From contig CAZKTS010000288.1 in assembly GCA_964555735.1 (NCBI GenBank), positions 1,069 through 65,068 on the forward strand: a stretch of 64,000 bases of DNA, given 5' to 3'. How positions within the stretch are numbered: position 1 is the stretch's first letter; the number at the start of each line of letters is the position of its first letter. A program made the position numbers and the translations under genes. Positions 48,935-57,247 of the stretch are shown piece by piece. The DNA comes from an uncultured Bifidobacteriaceae bacterium. GTDB taxonomy: Bacteria > Actinomycetota > Acidimicrobiia > IMCC26256 > PALSA-555. The notes beneath the pieces were generated by a model. The model had not been told where the DNA came from. It saw nothing but the letters and a program-made list of their open reading frames with translations, and ran no database searches.

Positions 48935-49434
48935 CCTCGTCGGAGGTCGCGCGGGTGGCGCGGGCGATTCACCGGGCCTGGCGGTTGCCGGCCGCGGTGG
49001 AGGTCGAGGACATCGAGCAGGAGCTGCGCCTGCAGTACGTGCTCGGCGGCCGCGCGTACGACGCGAGCCGCGGAGTGCCGCGGGAGGCGTTCTGCTGGTG
49101 GTACGCACGGCGGCAGGCCGAGCGGTGGTGTCACACGCAGCGCTCGGCGCTGCGGCGCTCGGGGCGCGCCCCGAGCCGGCTGCCGGTCCTGCTGGACGAC
49201 GCGATCGATCCCGGGGTCGAGCCGTGCGCCGAGCGGGTGGCCGAGCTGGCCAGCGCGGTGAGGCGGGCGCGCCGCCTCTGCCGCTCGGCGGTGGACGCCA
49301 GGGCGCTGGAGGCGCTGGAGGCGTCAGCGCTCGACACGTCGGCGGCGGTGGAGTCGCTGGCGGGCGAGCTGACGCGCCGCCAGGCTCGCGCGGCCATGGG
49401 GCGCGTGACGCGCGCGCTGAGGGCGGCCGCGTGA
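48931..49434 (+). CDS. ECF-like sigma factor candidate (regions 2 and 4)
   Basis: EDIEQELRLQYVLGGRAYD....PREAFCWWYARRQAERW is region-2-like (eDl.Qe..l.......yd.....f..Wl..ia.n). The C-terminus ..AVESLAGELTRRQARAAMGRVTRALRAAA is region-4-like. GTGA overlap. Confidence 0.5.
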   Translation: MTSSEVARVARAIHRAWRLPAAVEVEDIEQELRLQYVLGGRAYDASRGVPREAFCWWYARRQAERWCHTQRSALRRSGRAPSRLPVLLDDAIDPGVEPCAERVAELASAVRRARRLCRSAVDARALEALEASALDTSAAVESLAGELTRRQARAAMGRVTRALRAAA

Positions 49435-50444
49435 AGCACCGGGTCGATCTGACCAAGGCACGCCAGGAGTGCGTGGTGGCGGCGCTGAAGCGCCACGGGC
49501 TGGCCCCTCCGGGGGCTGGCTCGTGGGCGCTCGCGCGGCAGGTGTCGACGCTGGTGGCCTACTATCGCGCGCACACACCGCGCGCGCGCATCGCGGACTG
49601 CGAGACGTGCGGGGGCGAGAGCGACAGCGGCGAAGCGGCGTGCCCGTACTGCGGCGACGCGGACGGCGAAGCGTCGGCCGAGGTGGAGGCGGTGGAGCCG
49701 GTGGCGCCGGTGGTGGGCGGCCTGCAGGTCGTACCCGCGGCCGGGTCGATGGTGGCGGCGGCGGAGCCGCCGAGCGGGTCGACGGAGCGTGACCTCGATC
49801 GGGCCGTGGCGAAGGTGCTCCGGCTGCGCCGCGACGCGGCGAGCAGCATCTGGGAGCTGGCGGTTGCGGTGCGGGAGGTGAGCGAGTCGTCGATCTGGAA
49901 GCTGCGGCGCGATGAGACGGGCGCGCCGAAGTGGACCAGCTGGGGGCGGTTCGCCGTGGAGGAGCTGGGCGTGTCGCCGGCCTACAGCTACCAGCTGATC
50001 GAGGTGGCCAAGACCTTCACGCGGGCGGAGGTCGACGAAGTCGGGATCAAGAAGCTGATCGTCTCGCTGCGCGTCTCTCACCACGACCGCGGCGACATCT
50101 TGGCGGCGGCTCGCGCGGGTGAGTCGGTGTCCGAGCTGGAGGCGCGCGTGGAGACGGTGCTCGATGGCGGCGAGGCGGGTGGTGACGATGGCGGCGCTGG
50201 CGGTGGCGGCGAGGCGGGTGCGACGCCGCGGCCGCGTCTCGCGCGTGGCGTCACGGCAGCCATGCTGATGCGACGGGTCACGATCCCGCTGTACCGCCCT
50301 GGGTCCATGGCGCGGGCTCGCCGGCTGGCCGACACGCCGCGCGGTGAGGAGCGGCTGGTCAACGGCGTCAAGCAGGTATTTGTGGTTGACGTCGACTCCG
50401 ACGGCGGGCTGGTGCTGATCGTGGAGCGGCTCCGCGAGACATGA
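49431..50444 (+). CDS. DNA-binding protein: zinc ribbon + ParB/KorB-like HTH region
   Basis: CETCGG...CPYCGD, followed by IWELAVAVREV...WTSWGRFAVEELGVSPAYSYQLIEVAKTF...ESVSELEARVE. Confidence 0.4.
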   Translation: MKHRVDLTKARQECVVAALKRHGLAPPGAGSWALARQVSTLVAYYRAHTPRARIADCETCGGESDSGEAACPYCGDADGEASAEVEAVEPVAPVVGGLQVVPAAGSMVAAAEPPSGSTERDLDRAVAKVLRLRRDAASSIWELAVAVREVSESSIWKLRRDETGAPKWTSWGRFAVEELGVSPAYSYQLIEVAKTFTRAEVDEVGIKKLIVSLRVSHHDRGDILAAARAGESVSELEARVETVLDGGEAGGDDGGAGGGGEAGATPRPRLARGVTAAMLMRRVTIPLYRPGSMARARRLADTPRGEERLVNGVKQVFVVDVDSDGGLVLIVERLRET

Positions 50445-52981
50445 TCGAGGCGCTCAACGCCTGGTCAGAGCATGACGGGCGGGTGTACTACGCCGCGCGC
50501 GATGCGGACGGCCGGGTACGAGTGCACGACGCGGGGCGGGTCGTGTACTCGTACCTCCGCGGTGACAGTGACCCTGAGCTGATTCGCGAGATCGAGCGGT
50601 CGCGGGTGCTGCGTGCGGTGGAGCGCGCAGGCGACTGGTGGCGCCTGCACTGGTCCGCGCCGTGGGCGCGCGATGCGGCGTGCGGGCCTGACGGGTGGTT
50701 CGCGTCGAAGCGAGTGCCGACGTTCGAGGCTGATCTGCCGGCGGTGCGGCAGTGGGCGATCGAGCGCGACGTGCAGGTGCAGCGGCCGCGCCTCTGCTAT
50801 TTCGACATCGAGACGGACGCGCGCGCTGGGATCGCCAACAAGGAGCGCATGCGCATCCTGTGCTGGACGGTGCAGAGCGCCGACGGTGAGCGCGTGCAGA
50901 GCGGCATGCTGGAGGCTGACACGGATGCGGCGGAGCGCGACTTGCTGCGCGCGTTGTGGCGCGAGTTCGATCGGTACGATCAGGTCGCGGCGTGGTACGG
51001 CGACGGCTTCGACTTCCCGGTGGTGTTTGCGCGCAGTAAGCGCGCGGGTATCTCGGTCGACGCGCGGCGGTGGCTGTGGCTGGACCACCTTGAGGTGTTC
51101 CGCCGGATGAATATCTCGTCGTCTGAGAGTGGCGAGGAGAAGCAGTCGCTGGCGCTGCAGGCGATTGCGATGGCGGTGCTCGGTGAGGGCAAGCTGCCGG
51201 GGTTCGGGTACGCCGAGATTTACCGCGCGTGGGCGGCGGGCGGCGATGACCGCGATCGGCTGCTCGCGTACAACGTGCGCGACGTCGACTTGATGCGGCG
51301 GGTTGAGGACCGGACGGGTTACATCGAACTGCTCTTCACGCTGTGCGCGACCACGGGCGTCTTCCCTGATACTCGCGGGATCCGGCCGATGCCGCAGGTC
51401 GAGACGTACGTGCAGCGGCTGGCCAACGCGCGCGGCGACCGCCTGCCGACGCAGTATCGGGGTGGGGATGAGAGCAAGTATCGCGGCGCGTATGTGATGG
51501 AGCCGCGGCGTACGGGGCTGATCCGTGACCGCGTGCACGTCTGCGACTTCGGCTCGATGTATCCGAGCATTGTGCAGACCTGGAATATCTCGCCGGAGAT
51601 GATCGTGGAGAAGCCGCCCGAGCCGGTGTTCCCCGCGTATCTGTCGCACCTTGCGGCTGAGTGGAAGCCGCCGCCGCGGCCGGCTGAGTACGCCGAGGCG
51701 CCGAAGACGCGCGTGTGGTTCCGCCAGGCGGAGCGCGGGCTGCTACCGCGCGCGCTCGATGCGCTGGGCGCGCTGCGTGCGCAGTGGCAGGCGCGCAAGG
51801 CGGAGCTGCCGCCTAACACGCCGGAGTGGCGTGACGCGGACGCGCGAGCGACCGCGTACAAGATCAACGCCAACAGTTTTCCGGGTGTGATCGGCGCGTC
51901 GGTGTCGCGGCTCTATTCGCGCGAGGCGGCCGAGAGCGTGAGCACAACGGGGGCGTGGCTGCTGGAGCAGGTCGACCGTGCGGCGCGCGAGCACGCCGGG
52001 CTCGATCCGTTCTACGGCGACACGGATTCCAGCATGGTCGCTGGCTGTAGTGATGAGACTTTCGCGGCGTTCGTCGCGTGGTGCAACGGCGATCTGCTGC
52101 CGCGGTTGGCGCGCGAGCAAGGTTGCGCGGGCGCGTGCACGCTGAAGCTGGCGTACGAAAAGGCGTTCGAGCGGATGCTCTTGCTGAGCGCGAAGCGGTA
52201 CATCGCGCGGCTGGCGCACTACAAGGGGCAGGCGCCGACGGCGGCGACGAAGCCGGAGATCAAGGGGATCGAATACAAGCGCGGCGACTCGCTGCGCCTC
52301 ACGCGGCAGATGCAGGCGATCGTGATCGACCTCATGATGGGCGGCGGGCTGGTGCGACCGCGCCAGGAGCGGTGCGAAGACGCTGAGGAGACGTATGTGG
52401 CGCTAGTCGAGGCGTGGCGCGACCTCGTGCTGACGGGCCCGCTGGAGCTGGCCGACGTGGTGCGGTCGCAGCGGCTGACGCAGCCGCTGAAGGCGTACGC
52501 GGGCAAGGTCAAGCTCGATGGGACCGAGAGCGGCGGCATGCCGCATGTCCGGGTGGCGCGGGTGCTGGCTGAGCGCGGTGAGGCGATCGGGGTCGGGGCG
52601 CGCGTGGAGTACGTGGTGGTCGATGGCTCGGTGAGCCCGGCGGAGGTGATCCCGGCGTCGGACTGGACCGGCGAGTGCGACCGCTTCGCGCTGTGGGAGT
52701 CGGCGGTCTGGCCGCCGACCCGGCGATTGCTGGAGTCGGCGTTTCCGGCGGGCCCGTGGGCGCGGTACGACCGGGTCCGGCCGAGCAAGCGCCGGCCGGC
52801 GGCGCACGCCGACAAGCTGCCGCTGTTCGAGGCGCCCACGCGCCGCGCCAAGGCGCCGGCGCGCCCGGCCGCCCCAATGCCCCAGGCGGCGCCCGAAAGC
52901 GCGCCTACGGGGCTCCCAGGCGGCCAGATCGGGCTCTTCGGGGCGGCGACCGCTGCTCGGCGCGGCAGGAGGCGCGGGTGA
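50441..52981 (+). CDS. family B DNA polymerase with 3'-5' exonuclease domain and C-terminal clamp-binding-like motif
   Basis: Exo I YFDIETD, Exo II LAYNVRDVDL, motif A CDFGSMYPSIV, motif B KINANSFPGV, motif C YGDTDS. The C-terminal QIGLF lies at nt 52925-52939. Confidence 0.95.
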   Translation: MIEALNAWSEHDGRVYYAARDADGRVRVHDAGRVVYSYLRGDSDPELIREIERSRVLRAVERAGDWWRLHWSAPWARDAACGPDGWFASKRVPTFEADLPAVRQWAIERDVQVQRPRLCYFDIETDARAGIANKERMRILCWTVQSADGERVQSGMLEADTDAAERDLLRALWREFDRYDQVAAWYGDGFDFPVVFARSKRAGISVDARRWLWLDHLEVFRRMNISSSESGEEKQSLALQAIAMAVLGEGKLPGFGYAEIYRAWAAGGDDRDRLLAYNVRDVDLMRRVEDRTGYIELLFTLCATTGVFPDTRGIRPMPQVETYVQRLANARGDRLPTQYRGGDESKYRGAYVMEPRRTGLIRDRVHVCDFGSMYPSIVQTWNISPEMIVEKPPEPVFPAYLSHLAAEWKPPPRPAEYAEAPKTRVWFRQAERGLLPRALDALGALRAQWQARKAELPPNTPEWRDADARATAYKINANSFPGVIGASVSRLYSREAAESVSTTGAWLLEQVDRAAREHAGLDPFYGDTDSSMVAGCSDETFAAFVAWCNGDLLPRLAREQGCAGACTLKLAYEKAFERMLLLSAKRYIARLAHYKGQAPTAATKPEIKGIEYKRGDSLRLTRQMQAIVIDLMMGGGLVRPRQERCEDAEETYVALVEAWRDLVLTGPLELADVVRSQRLTQPLKAYAGKVKLDGTESGGMPHVRVARVLAERGEAIGVGARVEYVVVDGSVSPAEVIPASDWTGECDRFALWESAVWPPTRRLLESAFPAGPWARYDRVRPSKRRPAAHADKLPLFEAPTRRAKAPARPAAPMPQAAPESAPTGLPGGQIGLFGAATAARRGRRRG
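52899..52912 (+). repeat. 14-mer core GCGCGCCTACGGGG inside the DNA polymerase 3' end
   Basis: Exact copy. The flanks (GAAAGCGCGCCTACGGGGCTCC) match the first core of copy C. It encodes PESAPTGLPG just before QIGLF. Confidence 0.7.
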
Positions 52982-53001
52982 GTGTCCGCGGCGCGCGGGT
53001 C

Positions 53002-53011
53002 GCGCTATTGG
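53002..53011 (+). promoter_or_regulatory. class-E box GCGCTATTGG, 7 nt before ATG 53019
   Basis: tcGCGCTATTGGgggtggcATG. Confidence 0.5.
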
Positions 53012-53018
53012 GGGTGGC

Positions 53019-53732
53019 ATGGTGAGGCGACGGCGTGCGGCCGAGGTGACCGGGTCACCCGCGGCGGGTGGTGGGGTGGACGTGGGGGCGCTCGATCCGT
53101 TGGCGGCGTACGTGGCGAGCTGGTCAGAGCCGCATCGACCGCCGGCGGGGCCCGGCGAGGCGGAGCTGGTCGCGCGAGCCGAGCCGAGCAGGCCAGAGCC
53201 GAGCAGGCCAGAGCCGCCCGCGGCCGAGGAGCGCGTCAGCCGGTTTCTGGCGGCGGGGCCGGTGCACGGGCGCGGGTACGATCGGATCGTGGAGCGCGTG
53301 TTCGATCTGCCGGATCCCGACGATGAGTATCGCGCGCTGGAGGCGGCGCTGGTGGTGGGCGACCGCGAGCACGATTCGCTGGCGGCGGCGCTCGACCGGG
53401 CCGAGGACAACGCGCGCCGAGCGCATCGGCTCTATGTCGCGGCGAAGCTCGACCGCGATCGGTATGAGGCGGACGCCGAGGTGGTGACGGCGGCGCTGCG
53501 CGAGCAGGCGACCGACGTGCTGCAACAGCAGAAGGCGGCGGGGCTCCGCTCGAAGGCGATCACGGACGCGGACGTGCTGGCGCAGTGCGCGGCGATGCAC
53601 CCGGATGAGTGGCGCGACATTGTCGACCGCCGCTCGCGGGCGCGGCTGACGGTCGAACATCTCGAACGGCTCGCCGACCTGTGGGTGAGCCGTTGCAGGT
53701 CGTTGACGGCGCTGCTGTCGGCGAGGCGTTGA
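53019..53732 (+). CDS. hypothetical coiled-coil protein (237 aa) with EPSRP tandem repeat
   Basis: ATG lies 7 nt after a GCGCTATTGG box. Helical C-terminal half. Confidence 0.55.
   Translation: MVRRRRAAEVTGSPAAGGGVDVGALDPLAAYVASWSEPHRPPAGPGEAELVARAEPSRPEPSRPEPPAAEERVSRFLAAGPVHGRGYDRIVERVFDLPDPDDEYRALEAALVVGDREHDSLAAALDRAEDNARRAHRLYVAAKLDRDRYEADAEVVTAALREQATDVLQQQKAAGLRSKAITDADVLAQCAAMHPDEWRDIVDRRSRARLTVEHLERLADLWVSRCRSLTALLSARR
53181..53216 (+). repeat. 15-bp tandem repeat (GAGCCGAGCAGGCCA x2.4) encoding EPSRP-EPSRP-EP
   Basis: Units at 53181-53195 and 53196-53210, with a partial third unit. Confidence 0.8.
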
Positions 53733-53760
53733 GTAACCAGTACGGACATGGAGGATTGAT

Positions 53761-55026
53761 ATGCCGCAGCTGTCGTTGGATGAGTTCGTCAGCCACAAGT
53801 CGAACGAGCGAGGCGCGAGTGCTTCGCGCAAGTCGCTGATCTGGAAGAAGCGCGCGCCGATTCCGCCGGCGAAGCTGCCGGGGCTCACGGCGTGGCTGCA
53901 CACGCAGGCCAGCATCGAGGCGGTCTGGCGGCACCCGTGGGCGCGCCTGGTGGAGCGCGAGCGCGACGGAGAGCAGACGCGCGAGGTGTGGAGCGACGAG
54001 TTCGTCTGCCACGAGTCGGAGGCGGTGCTGCGCCGGCAGTACCGGCGCGGCGATGATGGCAAGCGGGTCGCGCCGCCGGAGGTGTGCCCGCTGTGCCGCG
54101 TGATCGACTACGTGCACGGGCAGGTCACGGACGGGGCGCTCGACTGGACCGATCCGGTGTTCGTGTTCGACGCGGACGAACCGCGCGTGTTCACCGCGGG
54201 CGGGATCTGCAACATGTTCGGGCGCGACCTCACGGCCGAACAGAAGCGCGAGCTGCGCGCGGCGAAGATCAACCTGCGCGAAGCGTTCAAGCAGAACGTG
54301 ATCGCCAAGTGCAGCTACATCTTCACCGTGGTCGATCACGATCGGCCGGAGGACGGCGTGCAGGTGTGCGTCGAGCCGACGTCGCTCGGCGACTCGGTCA
54401 AGGGCGTGATCCGTATGCAGATGGAGGGCGCTGAGGATGAGCGGCAGGGCAACCCGCTGATCAACCCGTACGCGATCCGGTGGGAGTACGACGAGAACGA
54501 GCCCGAGTTCGGCAAGAAGTATCGGGCCTTCGCGTACCCGCGAGCGCGGCTGACGGATGAGGTCCGCGCGCTGATCGTCGACTCGCCGGCGCCGTCGCTG
54601 GCGGCGTGGACCACGCCGGGCGATGTGGACCGGCTCCGGCTGTCGATGGAGGCGGCCGCGAAGATCGATCTGCCGTTCGATCGGCTGTTCGGCGGCGGCA
54701 AGCGCGCGGTGTCGGCGCAGGTGCCGCGCGAGCGTGCCGCGCAGAAGGCGCCTGTGAAGGCGCGCGTGCTCGATGAGGTCGCGGAGAGCCCGCCGAAGCC
54801 GGCGGGTCGGCGGCGGGCGCAGGCGCCGACTCTGATCCCGTGCGAGGCGTGCGGCAAGCCGATGGACGAGCGGGCGACCAAGTGCCCGCACTGCGGCGAG
54901 GAGTACGCATTCGACGACGAACCGGCGGCCAAGCCTGCGGCTGCCGCGCCGGCGAAGGCGGTGAAGGCGCCGGTGCTGCTGGATGATCTGGCCGCCGACG
55001 ATGACGACTCGCTGCCGTGGGGCTGA
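53761..55026 (+). CDS. putative ssDNA-binding protein (zinc-containing, acidic C-terminal tip)
   Basis: GGAGGA RBS. Sits between the polymerase and the RecA-like gene. Has a C-H...CPLC cluster, a C-terminal zinc ribbon CEACG..CPHCG, and the tail DDLAADDDDSLPWG, which resembles an SSB/gp32/gp2.5 acidic tip. Confidence 0.4.
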   Translation: MPQLSLDEFVSHKSNERGASASRKSLIWKKRAPIPPAKLPGLTAWLHTQASIEAVWRHPWARLVERERDGEQTREVWSDEFVCHESEAVLRRQYRRGDDGKRVAPPEVCPLCRVIDYVHGQVTDGALDWTDPVFVFDADEPRVFTAGGICNMFGRDLTAEQKRELRAAKINLREAFKQNVIAKCSYIFTVVDHDRPEDGVQVCVEPTSLGDSVKGVIRMQMEGAEDERQGNPLINPYAIRWEYDENEPEFGKKYRAFAYPRARLTDEVRALIVDSPAPSLAAWTTPGDVDRLRLSMEAAAKIDLPFDRLFGGGKRAVSAQVPRERAAQKAPVKARVLDEVAESPPKPAGRRRAQAPTLIPCEACGKPMDERATKCPHCGEEYAFDDEPAAKPAAAAPAKAVKAPVLLDDLAADDDDSLPWG

Positions 55027-55028
55027 GC

Positions 55029-56216
55029 ATGGCGGCGAAGCGCAAGGTGGAGGCGGCGCCCGCGGGGGCGCCGCCTAGCCCTGGTGACACGCGCGATCGA
55101 CTGGCGGCGATGGCGTCGGTCGCGGCGAAGTTCTCGGCGTTCAAGCCGGCGGCGCAGGTGCTAACGCGCGTGCGTGCGGTGCCGACCGACTTCATCCAGC
55201 TCGACTACGCGACGCGTTGCGGCGGCTGGCCGATCGAGCGGTTCTGCACGTTGCACGGACCGAGCAACGAAGGCAAGACGCTCACGAGTCACGGGCTCGG
55301 GCTCTCGTTTCTGAGCCGCGGGCATTACTACGCATTCGTCGACGCCGAGTTCACCACGCCGGCGGACTGGCTGCGCCGCATGATGGGCGCGGTTGCTGAC
55401 CATCCGGGGTTCGTCGCACTGCGGCCTGATTCGTTCGAGTCGACGGTCGATGAGGTGCGCAAGTTCTGTCTCGCGATCAAGGCGGCGCGCGAGAAGGGCG
55501 ACCTACAGACGGACACTAGCGCGCTGATCGTGGTCGACAGCGTGCGGAAGCTGGTTCCGCGCGAGCTGATCAAGCGAGTCGAGAAGGACGGGACCAAGCA
55601 CGGCGTCGACGGGTACAGCGGGCGCGCGGCGCAGTTTCGCGCGGCGCTCATGTCGCAGTGGCTGGATGAACTGGTGCCGCTGCTCTATCACTCGGGGACG
55701 TCGATGATCGCGATCGCGCGCGAGGCGGACGATCCCGACGCGAGCGCGATGGAGCGCAAGTTCGGCAGCGACTGGAAGGTGCAGGGCGCCAAGGCGCTCG
55801 TGTACGACGCGAGCCTGGTGGCGCGCATCACTCGCGGCTGGCTGCGCGAGAAGGACGAGACGGGCGAAGCGGGCGAGGAGGGCGAGCGGAGCGACGTGAT
55901 CGGCGAGCGGCACCGCGTGCGGCTGTGGAAGACCAAGGTGGGCACGAAAGAGGGCGCGGCCACAGACGCATTCATTCACACGTCGAACGGCGCTACGGCG
56001 CCGGAGGGGTTCGACTTCGCGATGGATTCGCTGCGGCTGGCGGAGAAGCTGGAGGTAGTCGAGAAGGCGGGCGCGTGGATCTCATGGGGGCGCCACAAGT
56101 GGCAGGGGCGGCGCAAGGCGTTGCAGGCGCTGCGCGAGAAGCCGGCGCTGCGCCTGGAGCTGAACGAAGCGCTGCGCGAGCGGTTCACGGCCGAGCCCGA
56201 CAAGGTGGAGCCGTGA
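55029..56216 (+). CDS. RecA-family recombinase (UvsX/Sak4-like)
   Basis: GGWPIERFCTLHGPSNEGKT (Walker A), YAFVDAEF, SALIVVDSVRKLVP (Walker B region). Confidence 0.75.
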   Translation: MAAKRKVEAAPAGAPPSPGDTRDRLAAMASVAAKFSAFKPAAQVLTRVRAVPTDFIQLDYATRCGGWPIERFCTLHGPSNEGKTLTSHGLGLSFLSRGHYYAFVDAEFTTPADWLRRMMGAVADHPGFVALRPDSFESTVDEVRKFCLAIKAAREKGDLQTDTSALIVVDSVRKLVPRELIKRVEKDGTKHGVDGYSGRAAQFRAALMSQWLDELVPLLYHSGTSMIAIAREADDPDASAMERKFGSDWKVQGAKALVYDASLVARITRGWLREKDETGEAGEEGERSDVIGERHRVRLWKTKVGTKEGAATDAFIHTSNGATAPEGFDFAMDSLRLAEKLEVVEKAGAWISWGRHKWQGRRKALQALREKPALRLELNEALRERFTAEPDKVEP

Positions 56217-57247
56217 TCATATCGAGCGACTGGCACCTCGACGCGGTGACGTGCGGGGTCGAGCGGTTCGCGGAGATCGCGGCGCAGGTTGACGGGTTAG
56301 CGCGGCGCGCGATCGAGGCGGGCGAGCCGTTCGCGTTCTTGGGCGACCTGTGTGATCCCGACTCGGCGAGCGCGAGCCGGTGTATCGCGTACGCGGTTGG
56401 CGTCGCGTCGCGGCTCAAGGCGGCCGGGGTGCCGAGTGTATGGGTCGCGGGGAATCACGACGTGGTCGAGGATGGGCGCGGGCACTCGGTGCTGGAGGCG
56501 CTGGCGTCGCTCGGCGACCCGCTGGTGATGGTAGCCGAGAAGCCGGAGCAGTTCGTGATCGAGGGGCTAGCGGTGCGCGCGCTGCCGTACACGGCGCGGG
56601 TGGGCGCTTACGACGCGGCGGCGGTGGTGCGCGCGCTCGACGTCGTCGAGCGGCCGCTGGAGCCGTTGGCGGTGCTCGGGCACTTGATGGTCCCGGGCGC
56701 GCTGATGCGCGAGGAGTCGCACGAGATGGCGCGCGGGCGTGAGCAGACGTGGACGGGCGCCGAGTGCGGCGATGCGTGGCCGCGATTCAACGGGCACTAT
56801 CACTGCCAGCAGCAGTGCGGCCCGATCTGGATCCCGGGCTCCCTCGCGACGTTGTCATTCGGCGAGGCGCCTGGAGTACCGCGCGCGCTGCGGTTGAGTG
56901 GTGGCGCGGTGACGTCGCTGGCGTTGCCGGTGCCGCCGGTCGAGATGGTGACGGTCGCGACGGCGGAGGAGTTCGACGCGGTGCATGAGCGATTGCGCCG
57001 CGTAATCGGGCGGGCGTTCGTCCGGGTGCGCGGGGATGAGGCGCTGCTGGAGCGTGTGAGGTCGGCGCCGACGTGTGCGGGCGCGAAGCTCGATCGGGTG
57101 GCGCGCGCGGCGCGCAAGCCCGAGGCGCAGCGCGCGGCGCAGCGCATGACGCCGCGGATGGCGGTCGAGCAGGAGCTGCAGCGGCGGGTCGACCGGGGCG
57201 AGGTCGAGCCGGTGGTTGCTGGGCTACTCGACCGCGGGGGGCTCTGA
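56213..57247 (+). CDS. sbcD: SbcD/Mre11-type metallophosphoesterase nuclease
   Basis: SSDWHLD, FLGDLCD and VAGNHD calcineurin-like motifs. GTGA overlap. Followed by the SbcC-like ATPase. Confidence 0.85.
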   Translation: MIISSDWHLDAVTCGVERFAEIAAQVDGLARRAIEAGEPFAFLGDLCDPDSASASRCIAYAVGVASRLKAAGVPSVWVAGNHDVVEDGRGHSVLEALASLGDPLVMVAEKPEQFVIEGLAVRALPYTARVGAYDAAAVVRALDVVERPLEPLAVLGHLMVPGALMREESHEMARGREQTWTGAECGDAWPRFNGHYHCQQQCGPIWIPGSLATLSFGEAPGVPRALRLSGGAVTSLALPVPPVEMVTVATAEEFDAVHERLRRVIGRAFVRVRGDEALLERVRSAPTCAGAKLDRVARAARKPEAQRAAQRMTPRMAVEQELQRRVDRGEVEPVVAGLLDRGGL

